Position numbers and translations under genes: made by a program. Shown here one piece after another: positions 53,790-64,000 of a stretch of 64,000 nt of DNA. Each line of letters starts with the position of its first letter. The stretch's first letter is position 1. Origin of the DNA: Okamejei kenojei. Taxonomy: Eukaryota. The stretch covers positions 20,398,001 through 20,462,000 of the forward strand of contig CM069147.1 in NCBI GenBank assembly GCA_035221665.1, given 5' to 3'. The notes below the pieces were generated by a model. It did not search any database. It worked only from the letters and a program-made list of their open reading frames with translations, and was not told where the DNA came from.

Positions 53790-55263
53790 TTAAGAAGCCA
53801 GACAACTTTTAATAAGCCAGAGATACACAGCTGTGAAATTCGGCAGGCATTTAACATTACCGGTAAGGTTATCCTTGGTTCTGAAGATTCCTGCTTACGT
53901 TTTTTTCCCCCCAATGAGCCAATGAAAATGATTGGTCAGCAAAGGCGATTAACTAAAACAACATACCTCTACCTCGACTACCTATAACTAAATGGCGACC
54001 CAACTACAACTGCACCTACGACTACAGGATTATCAATTTTCTCCATGGCGACCAATTTTTGGTCGCGGAAAATTTTTCACCAAGCTGAATATTTTGCGCC
54101 GGCCATACTGCGGCCGCGACTAGTTCTCAGAATGCAGGAACCTCTCGCGACCATGAAGGAGACTCACCAGAGACCATCAGCGAATATGTGGCAACCATGT
54201 GGTGAGCACAGAGTCTCCTGCTCTTGCCCAAAGTCACGTAAAGGGGCTGTCACACTGCGGCGACCTAATCTGCGTGTTTAGAAGAGTTTGCCCTGGACTC
54301 AAAATCGCAGCATGGTCGACACGTAGTCCAAGGCGGTCCTATGAGGTCACTGAAACTCTCCTTCATGCTGGAGGGAAGTTCCCGCGTACTTGCAGCCTCA
54401 GTTTGGTCGAGGAAAATGTTTCAGCATGTTGAAAATTTTACCGCGAGTAAAAATTGGTCGGCATGGTTCTTTTGAACTCATAGTGCAGTGGAGTGTGGTC
54501 GCTATGTAGTTATATGCAGTCGAGAGCAGCCATAGGCAATCTCCTTTGCTGACCGGGCATTTTAATTGGCTCATTGGAGTTTTCAGGTCCAAGGAAAACC
54601 AGCCGGTAGAATAAATGCCCGCTGAACCTTATTAAAAGTTGTCTGGTTGATTAAAAGTGTCTCCACTCCTTCTTTCCCCTTCTCCCCTCCCTCTCTCTAA
54701 AGGACTTACCGTACACTGTGCACCCATCTTTTACCTTCCTGTTCATCATGGGTGTAAATTTCAGACAGCCCTCCCCCACTTTCCTGGCCCCCTCCTTTGC
54801 GATGTGCGTGTGCGTGTGCGTGTGTGTGTGCGTGTGCTGATGGTCAATCCAGCTCGAGGTTTTTCAGGAGTGCGCCCTCGAGCTTGAAGGTTGAAGACAG
54901 TCGCTGAAAGGTCGCGTTAGTGGGACAGGCCCTTATGGGACAGGCAGCCTTCCCAGTCTCTCATCATAACTGAAAAATTCATTCCATGTATATACTCTTC
55001 TCATTTTATTTCTGGCCAGAGAACAGAAAGCAGATTGCGAACTTTCAAGACAACAACTTTCCCCTCAATGTCAGCCAGACAAAGGAGAAATAAAGGAGAT
55101 TGTGATTGATTTCAGCAAGAGAAACAGTGCCCACCCCACTTACGCATTGATGGTGCTGAAGCAGAAATGTTTGAAAGGTTCAAGTTCCTTAGAATAAATA
55201 TCACCAGCAATTTGTCCTGGACTAGCCACGTCGAAGCTATAGCGAGAAATGCACACGAATGCC

Positions 55264-58200
55264 TGTCAAGTCAAACTGAAATGAAAGGACAGGTGCAGAG
55301 AAATGCTAAATTGAAATCACAAGACAGTGATTAAAGTGGGCGGAACCCCAGCCTGCCGGGTTCTGCCCGGGGCTTTTTAAAGGGGCACACAGCACCAGAA
55401 GCCAGGAAAGAAGATGGAAGAGACTTGCGGGCGGCAAAACTTGAACAGTAAATCAAAAGGACTGCCCGAAAAGACTGCCGCGATAGCCAGAAGAGGCAAG
55501 CAGGACTGATTTTCTACAGACCTGATTGGCAGCCGGTTTTTCAGCTGCTAAAGACTAAAACTGCTAAAGACTAGAACTGCTAAAACAGCTAAAGACTAGT
55601 CTGCCAAAATAAAAGGTGGAAAAGAAGTATTTGGTCTGAGTGAATCCAGTTCATCATTTCGGGGTAGATAAATCAAATCCCTTTCAAGCGGGGAAACTGC
55701 AAAAACATTAGAAGACTTGACAATGAAAAACCATCGTGGGGCCAGGAGATCTGGAAACCTGGAAAAGAGACCGTTAAGTCAGGATAAAACATGGCTGATT
55801 AAGTTACTGGAAAGTCAGCTGAGCAGCTCAAGGTGGAGAGGACAACAGCAAAACGGGCATTCTCTCGTCTTGTTAACAACATCATTAGGAACCATGAAGA
55901 AATGTCTGGAGGGGAGCTCAGGAACAATTTCAACAACTCATGCAGGAGGCCGAAAAAGTCATGGAAGCCAATGGCGATGTGGAGGCGGGACTCATTGCAG
56001 AGCTGGAGGCGGAGCTGGTGCAGGTGAGGAAACTGTGTTAACTGAACAGCAAACAGCTGACCTGGCAAAAACTGCAAAGGAGTGCGAGTCAAAACTAAAA
56101 AAGGTCAAAGGGCTCATCCAGGACACTCTATGGGCAAACCTTGGGAATTTTGAATTATCCATCTCACTACAGACAGCAGATGGTGCATGTGAACTTGCTG
56201 CTGCCAGAAAAACCTAAGAACACTCGAGCTTCTCGTCCCCAAGCTGGTTTCCAGGAAGGCTGACTTCATACAGGGAAGAATAAAGAAGGACACTGAAGGA
56301 TTAGCACAAGCGGCAAATGCTTTCAATTATCCTTCACCAGCCATCAGACTGAGACCCATGGCCCTTCCTAAGTTTACTGGAAACAAGCGTGACTTTTATA
56401 GATGGAGGAAGGATTGGGAAGCACTGCAAAAGCAAGGTGAACCCACTGGGTCAAAGGAGGTGAAGAAGGTTCAATTGCTGGACAGTCTGGAGGACACAAT
56501 TACAAGAGACCTCCGCCTCACAAGTTAGAACACTAACGATGATATCTTTCGTGTCCTAGAGAACCAGTTTGGAAATCAAACAGCTATTGCTATTGAGATA
56601 GTGGAGGAGCTTCAAAGAATCCCACCGGTCAGAGGACATCAGCCACGGAAAATAGTGGAATTAATTCAAGCTGTGGAAAAGGCGCTCAAGGACTTGAGCG
56701 ATCTCGGAGACACAGGCGCTATTAAAAATCCACTGATGACAAAATCAATTGAAATTAAGCTACCAGTAACCCTCAAAAAGGAATGTCTGGTTTATGTAGC
56801 AGACAAGTAGAATGCTGTGGCACCAGAGAAATAGTTTGACAGTCTCTTGTCATTCCTCAAAGAGCAGGAGAGCATATATGAACAGCTCGAGCAACTGGGG
56901 GACGAGGAGCCGAGTAGAAAGGAAATTTGGACTGAACCAAGACATGCCAGAACCAGGTCCACCAAGTTAGGAAATGACCACACAGGTTGTGTAGTCTGTG
57001 GTGACGTAAAGCATAAAAGAAAGCTGTACTTCTGCAAGCAGTTTCGAGGGCTAAAGCTGACAGAGAAAAGAGCTGCAGTAAAGAAGTTGGGAGCATGCAA
57101 AAAGTGTCTTGAAGTTCATGATGATGATGGTTCACACTGCAAACCTGCATATCTCTGTAAAAATCAAATCTGCAAGGATGAACAGACTCCTGAGCATCAT
57201 TATTATCTGTGCCCAAACCAAGAGATGAGGAAAAGCAGTGTGGATCAGAGAAGGAATAAATTTGGTCCAGAGGAAGATAAAAGCAAGAAGAAATATAGTG
57301 GACCAAGCGGAGTTTTTCAGCAAACTTCCACCAGAGTTGGCAAAACAATGTGTTCTCCAACACTGCATCAAGAGCCTTCAACACTGCAAAGCATCAGCCA
57401 AGCCTCCTAAAGGAAGGTGGACTGCAAGAGCACCCAGTGATTATGATGCTTCTGGAGGTCGTAGCAAATGCTGGACAAAAGGTTGGGACATTAATTGACT
57501 TGGCTTCAGATACCAAGTATCTATGCCTCGGAGGATTAGAACTGTTGGAGATCTCATTCTGTGGGATGGACCACTGGGAAAGACTGTTGGAGGTTGGAGG
57601 TTGTCATCCTGAGCTGTTTGAGGGGCTTACCATGTCAGCCCACATGTCCAAAACACTCTTCGCGCGATCAATGAGAGCAGCTGCTTTAAAGTATGAGGAG
57701 CTCACTGACGCAGTCCCTGAGGAACTTTCACCAAACGGACAGATCGCCGTCAAAGTCCAGAAGTCAAGTACATCTGCCGCAAATCGGGACTTCTTGGATT
57801 GGTGGAAGTGGGATAGCATTGGATCAGCATGCGAGCCAAAGTGCGGGGGTTGCCACTGTGGAAACTGCCAGCCAGGAAAAGAAATGACTCTTACAGAAGA
57901 GAGAGAGCACGAGGTGGTAAGGGAAGGCCTCACCTACGTGACTGGAGACCATCACAGTAAAGACCCACATTGGCATGCTAGCTATCCTTGGTTGGAAGGC
58001 CCGGCTTCTCTACCAAGTAATAAAAGGACAGTGGAAGCCACATTTCTCAGGACGGAGAGGCAGCAATCCAGAGAACCTGAATGGAAAAGTGCCTACACAG
58101 CTCAGGTGCACGACATGGTGGACCGAAAGGCTGCAATCAAATTGTCCGAAGACATGATTGCAAACTGGAAGGGACCAGTGTGGTATGTGAGTCACCTTAT

Positions 58201-61200
58201 TGCTCCAAACCCCCACTCTGTCACGACCCCAGTGAGACTAGTGTGGAACAGCAGCCAAAAGTGCAATGGTGTCAGCTTAAATGATTTGCTGATGAAAGGT
58301 CCAGACGTCCTCAACCAAATTCGTGCGGTCTCCTCAGATTCAGGGGCGGAATCTATGATGCTGCTCTGGGAGACATAAAGAAGATGTATGGTTGGAGGAC
58401 TGTGAAGTACACTTACACAGATTCCTTTGGCGAGATTCCGAGGACGAGGAGCTGGGAGAGTATGCTATCACAAGAGTGAACATCGGAGACAAACTTGCGG
58501 GGTGCATTGCACAGTTGGCAATGCGTGAGACTGCTAATCTTCCTTCTTTTACCAACCTCAAGGATGAGCAGCAAGTACTCCAGAAAGACAGCTATGTTGA
58601 CGACATCCTCACACCTCACAACAGCCTCGACCAGTTGAGAATCATCACAGTAAATGTGGAACGAATCCTAAAAGCTGGTGGGTTTGAGCTCAAGCCTTGG
58701 GTTCTGTCTGGCCAAAGTGGGAGGAAGGAGGACAGTGATGCTTTAAAGAAAAGCAAAACAAAAAGCATGATCTACCAAACCAAATGCATGATGATGATAA
58801 CAAGCCACTTGGTCTGGGCTACATTGTTGAAGAGGACATGCTCCACGTTATAGTGGGAATCAATTTCTCCAAGAGAAAGAAAAAGATGCGGCTTGGTCAA
58901 GGCCTTCTACAAGAGCAAATCAAAACTCAGGCGCCAAATCCCCTAACAAGAAGAGAGCTTCTCAGCCGGGTAGCAGGGCTATATGACCCCATCGGCATAG
59001 TGGCTCCTATTAAGCAAAAGGGAGCGATCCTAGTACGCAGAGCTTTCCAAGAAGCAAAAGAGGGAAGCTGTTTGGTCAGATACACATGGGATATGGCACT
59101 CTCAGATGGACTCAGGGAGGATGCAATAAAGCCCTTTGAAGAGTACGTACAACTTGGAAAAGTCAAGTTCGTCAGGGCACTGACTCCCTCTTGCTCCTCA
59201 ACTGAACCCTTGGGAATCACCTTTTCTGACAGAAGTGAGCACACCTACGGGGCAGCGATGTATCTGAGATGGGATTCAGACCATGGCCCAATTGTCAGAC
59301 TTGTGGAATCCAAGGCCAAGTTAACTCCCTTGGACCACAGAGGAGACACTATCAAAGCGGAGATGTGAAGCAGTGTTCGCCTCACGCTTAAAGAAGTATT
59401 TTGAGCTACACAGTCAAATTCAAGTGGAGAAGTGGTATCATCTTGTGGATAGCCAAACTATCCTTGGTGCAATACAGCGAGAAAGCTACGGAATTAAGAC
59501 ATTCTTCGCCAATCGGATTGGAGAGATTCAAACAAGCACCAATATTCAGGACTGGCGGTGGATTCCTGGCCCAGAAAACATCGCTGATGTAATCACCAGA
59601 GGTGTCAGCCCTCAAGACCTTGATCAGTATTCGGAGTGGCAAAATGGACCGAAGTTCCTGGTATTGCCTGTGAGTGAGTGGCCAATAAAATCAGTAAAGA
59701 ACTGGCTGCCACTGCCAGAGAGAACATCAACAAGTTACAGAAGAAAGCTTTTGTTGCAGCACTATCAAGAGCCAAGGTAGTGAACCAAGAACCGGAACCA
59801 ACAAACCCAAAGAGACCACCTGCAGGGTCAGCTATTCAGAACCTTGTTGATGTCAAGTGGTTCAGCATTCTAACTCGACTGATCAAGACAGTCGCATGGA
59901 TTTGGAGAGCAGCGAAGAGGTTTCTTGGCAAGAACAAAGCCCTAAACAATCCAAAGTGGGAGGCCATCTCTTTGACAGGAGTCATTACAGTAAGAGAAGG
60001 AGAAAATGCTCTAAAAGACATTTTTTGTGCTCTGCAATTGGGCATGACTTTCCCAAGCACCACAACAGATCGACTGGTAGCCTATAAAGACCAAGATTCT
60101 GGGCTGATGGTTTGTGGTGGCAGAGTGCAGAGCTTTGAAGAGGATAAAGTTGCTGTTCCCATCCTGCCCGTTGATGCCTGGGTGTCCATGCTGCTAGCTC
60201 GGGAGGCTCACAGGGAGAGTCATGACAGAGTGGCTGGGACCTTGCTTAAAATGCGAAGAAAGGCTTGGGTCATAAAAACGAGAATTGCTAAAAAAGTTGT
60301 TGATCACTGCATAATCTGCAAGAAAGCAAACCAAAGAAATGTCAACAAGTAATGAGTGATCTACCGCCTGAAAGAACTGAACCTGCTGCTCCTTTTGAGT
60401 TTACAACAGTAGACCTCTTTGGACCCTACCACGTACACGATGACGTCAAGAAGAGGGTAAAACTCAAAGTCTGGGGAGTTGTCTTCTGCTGTATGGCCAG
60501 CAGAGCCATCCACACAGAGTTAGTCAACACCTTATCAAGTGAAGGGTTTCTGATGGCTTATCAAAAATTCACAGCAATCCGTGGGCACCCCAAGAAGATC
60601 TGGTCAGATCCAGGCACAAATTTTATTGGCGCAAAACCAGTCTTAGAGAAACTATATAGATTTTTGGACAACCTGGACAGAGCAGCTTTGGGGGAGAACA
60701 CAGCTAAAAATGGACAGAGTGGATGTGGAAAATCCATCCTGCTGATTCTCCACACAGGAATGGCGCTGCGGAAGCTGCTGTGCGTGTTGTGAAGAGAGCG
60801 CTCCAAAGTTTTGGAAAAGAATCGTCACTCAGTTATAGTGCGTTTCAGACAGCTCTTTACATAGCAGCAAACCTGTCAAATGAACGTCCAATCGACGCCA
60901 GGATACAAAGCCGGGAAGACTGCATTCAGTACATTACACCAAATACGCTTCTGCTTGGCCAAGCATCTCAGTGCGGAGATATTAAGTGTTTTGACTTTTC
61001 CAGCTACCCCTACAAAAGACTTAGAACAATGCAGTCAGAGGTGAACAAGTTTTGGAAGAGCTGGAGCCAACTCGCTGGTCCTAACTTGTTTATAAGGAGC
61101 AAGTGGCACACCACTCAGAGAAATGTCACTGCCGGAGATATTGTCTGGTTAAGTGACCAAAATGCACTGACGGGGCAATTCAAGCTGGGCAGAGTCATCA

Positions 61201-61939
61201 GCTCCAATCCAGATCGCAAAGGCATTGTGAGAGACGTTAATGTACGGATCTTCCCAAGTTACTCCATTCCTCTGACAAGGGCTTTGAAGGGAAGAGCAAT
61301 GCATTTCACTCAGGGGAAGGAGAGGATCCAAGCCACGATTGTTCACAGGGACGTTAGGCGGCTGGTTGATTACTTCCAGTAGAAGAACAAGACAGAAATG
61401 CATCAGGAGACCAAGTTCAAACCCAGACTTCAAAGTTTGACTTTAAAGCGTCGATCTCCCAAGTGGTTCCATTGGAAGATCGAGTGGGAGGTGTCAAGTC
61501 AAACTGAAATGAAAGAGAAATGCTAAATTGAAATCACAAGACAGTGATTAAAGTGGGCGGAACCCCAGCCTGCCGGGTTCTGCCCGGGGCTTTTTAAAGG
61601 GGCACACAGCACAAGAAGCCAGGAAAGAAGATGGAAGAGACTTGCGGGCGGCAAAACTTGAACAGCAAATCAAAAGGACTGTCCGAAAAGACTGCCGCGA
61701 TAGCCAGAAGAGGCAAGCAGGACTGATTTTCTACAGACCCGATTGGCAGCCAGTTTTTCAGCTGCTAAAGACTAAAATTGCTGAAGACTGAAACTGCTAA
61801 AACAGCTAAAGACTAATCTGCCAAAATAAAAGGTGAAAAATAAGTATTTGGTCTGAGTGAATCCAGTTCATCATTTCGGGGTAGATAAATCAAATCCCTT
61901 TCAAACGGAGAAACTGCAAAAACATTAGAAGACTTGACA
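55264..61939 (+). mobile_element. BEL/Pao LTR retrotransposon with both LTRs, degenerate; LTRs 55264-55722 and 61492-61939
   Basis: TG..CA LTRs, ATGCC TSD, PPT gagtgggagg; Cys/His knuckles, LIDLAS protease, YVDD RT, LYDPIG RNase H region, VDLFGP/SDPGTNF integrase; multiple stops and frameshifts. Confidence 0.95.
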
Positions 61940-64000
61940 ATGCCCCTATGAACTGAGAAGGATTAGGAATTTCAGCATGACACTAATAATCCTCACCAAC
62001 TTCAACAGAGGCATTGTAAACAGCTTTTTTTAGGATGCAATATAGACAGTTTGGAAACAGCTTCATCCAAGACCACAAGAAATTGCAGAGAGTTGTGGAC
62101 GTAGCTCAGACCATCACACAAACTAACTTCCCATCCATTGACTCCATCTGCACGTCATCTGCTGCAGCAAGGCCGTCAGGATAATCAAGGACCAGCCTTA
62201 TACTGGCCATCATTCTTCTCCCCTCTCACATGAGGCATGACGTACAGACATTTCCGATTGCATATCTCCAGAATCAGGGACAATTTCATCCCAGCTGTAA
62301 TCAGGCAAGTGAACGAACGGTCCTCTGATCAGCTGGAGTGTGGTCCTCATCAACCTCATCCATCTCACATAAGACCTTTGAACCATCTTTCATTGGCCTT
62401 TATCTTGCACTAAATGTTTTACCCTTACAATTTCTCTGTGCATTGTGGATGGCTTGATTGTATTAATGTATAGCCTTTTCTTTGACAGGATAGCACGCAC
62501 TCAAATGTTTTTAATTGTATAACGGTAAACGTGACATTAGCTGAAGTAAACTAAACTAAACACATGACATGAAATTGAAACACAGACTTTGCGGAGCAAC
62601 CTTACATAAATTTGTCACAACAAAACAAGCTATTCCATAATTTGCTCAAATCGCCGTTCAGATCTGTAACGTAAGAAGGCGACTTTTTGCTTTTAACCAC
62701 AAAGTCTTTCCACGACGTCATCAGCAGGTTTGCGAGCACAATTCTGTTCTCTATTATTTGTGAATTTCTTATTAGCTCGAGCTACAGATGCATTCGCTTA
62801 AAGGGAAAACGTAAACGTGCAGCATGAGACAAAAACATTCGACCCGACTCGCCCACGCCGACAATATGCCTATCAAGGTGAATGCCATTTTCCTACCCAT
62901 ATTCTTCTATTCCTTTCCTATTCACGTATCATACCAAATGCTTTTTAAACGGTGTGATTAGACCTGCCCCTAACTTATACAGGCAGATTACTCCATGTAC
63001 TCACCAAATATATCCATTTTTGTTTTAAACATGCACCTTCTAGTTTTAGTCACGCCTACCCTTTGACAAAATAATTATGATTATCTTCCCTGTCTATGAA
63101 CCTCATAATTTCATGAACCTCTATAGAGTCATCATGCCCCACAAGAACATGTAGATAATGTGCATAAATATACACATATTGGTGCAATTTTCTCGAACGC
63201 ATATCTCATCAATTTCCGTTTTAAATAAGTTATTTTTCAAATAATAAACTAAAGTCCACGCTGTTTTGCAAAAATATATGATTTGGACACTGGGGTAAAA
63301 TCAGTCGTTCTGGTGGGGTGGGAGATTGCAACCTTCACGTGGTCCACCCTGTTTCGACTATTGCAATCAACCCGACGTGTGCAAACAATTAGATCAAATA
63401 TATCAAGTGAACCTACAACTTTAGGCTGTGCACGCCATACGCAAGACAAAATCGTTCTGGTAAGTGGTGGAAAAGAAAAATTTGCTTTTAAAGCACATCC
63501 TGCATGATGAAAGAGACAGAATGGTTCGGGAGAAGAAATTAGACAGTTAAGGATCAATAAGATTAGCAGCCGCGAAATGCAAACATTTTGGATTGTCCAA
63601 AGACCATATTGAGAAGCAGCTAGAGTTGTGAGCACGAATAATGATACAAGGATAGGGATGAGTGAAGCAAAGCAGGCATTTGAAAGCATGGATGATATAT
63701 GTAAGGTTGGTATCTTGCTGGACAAGATATCGTACAGGCAGCCAGCAACCATGTGATGGGTAAACATGATGGCCAAGGAGATGTATACATAGCACACACA
63801 CATCGTTGCGATAGGTTAGGCAAGGTAACCATATTTTTCCCGCACCTCTGCTCTGGGTGCTTCACCTCCTGAACAAAGTGATAAGAGATCCGATGGTTTT
63901 AATGCCACCCTGGCTGTATCAACGGGCCATTCTTCCCAATTACCGCCGACCACGAAAATGCTCCAGCACCTTAATACATTCCTCTGTGCACTTTTACAGA

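Larger units (their letters stand above)
41425..63970. repeat. Segmental duplication unit B, colinear with unit A (~18550-32710) once unit-specific TE insertions are removed
   Basis: For example 31490-32710 matches 62770-63970; 23700-26200 matches 51280-55263. Confidence 0.9.

Noticed and set aside
1-64000. CRISPR arrays, tRNA or rRNA genes
   Set aside because: None seen; eukaryotic DNA

Overview
Repeat-rich vertebrate genomic DNA, most likely a cartilaginous fish such as a skate or ray (inferred from the CR1 LINEs with (TTTCTATG)n tails and the abundant Penelope-like elements). The window holds a minus-strand tandem cluster of three paralogous, non-rearranging immunoglobulin-superfamily receptor genes with leader, VJ-type V, C1, TM and cytoplasmic exons. 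Copy A (18469-23697) has an uncharged TM and a SIRPalpha-like four-tyrosine ITIM tail. Copy B (47341-51279) has a near-identical ectodomain but a derived TM arginine, and its tail is cut off by a solo LTR inserted exactly at the ITIM-exon splice acceptor (5-bp TSD, immediate stop). B's orphaned ITIM exons are decaying at 41425-42639. Copy C (TM exon at 8-109) has lost its ectodomain exons. Together A and B look like an inhibitory/activating paired-receptor system with a gene-conversion signature. The rest is transposons: CR1, Penelope-like, Rex1/Babar, L1 fragment, Tc1, DIRS, a full BEL/Pao element, a Helitron-like element, MITEs and a decayed two-exon THAP domain. There are two assembly gaps. 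All alignments and counts were done by eye.
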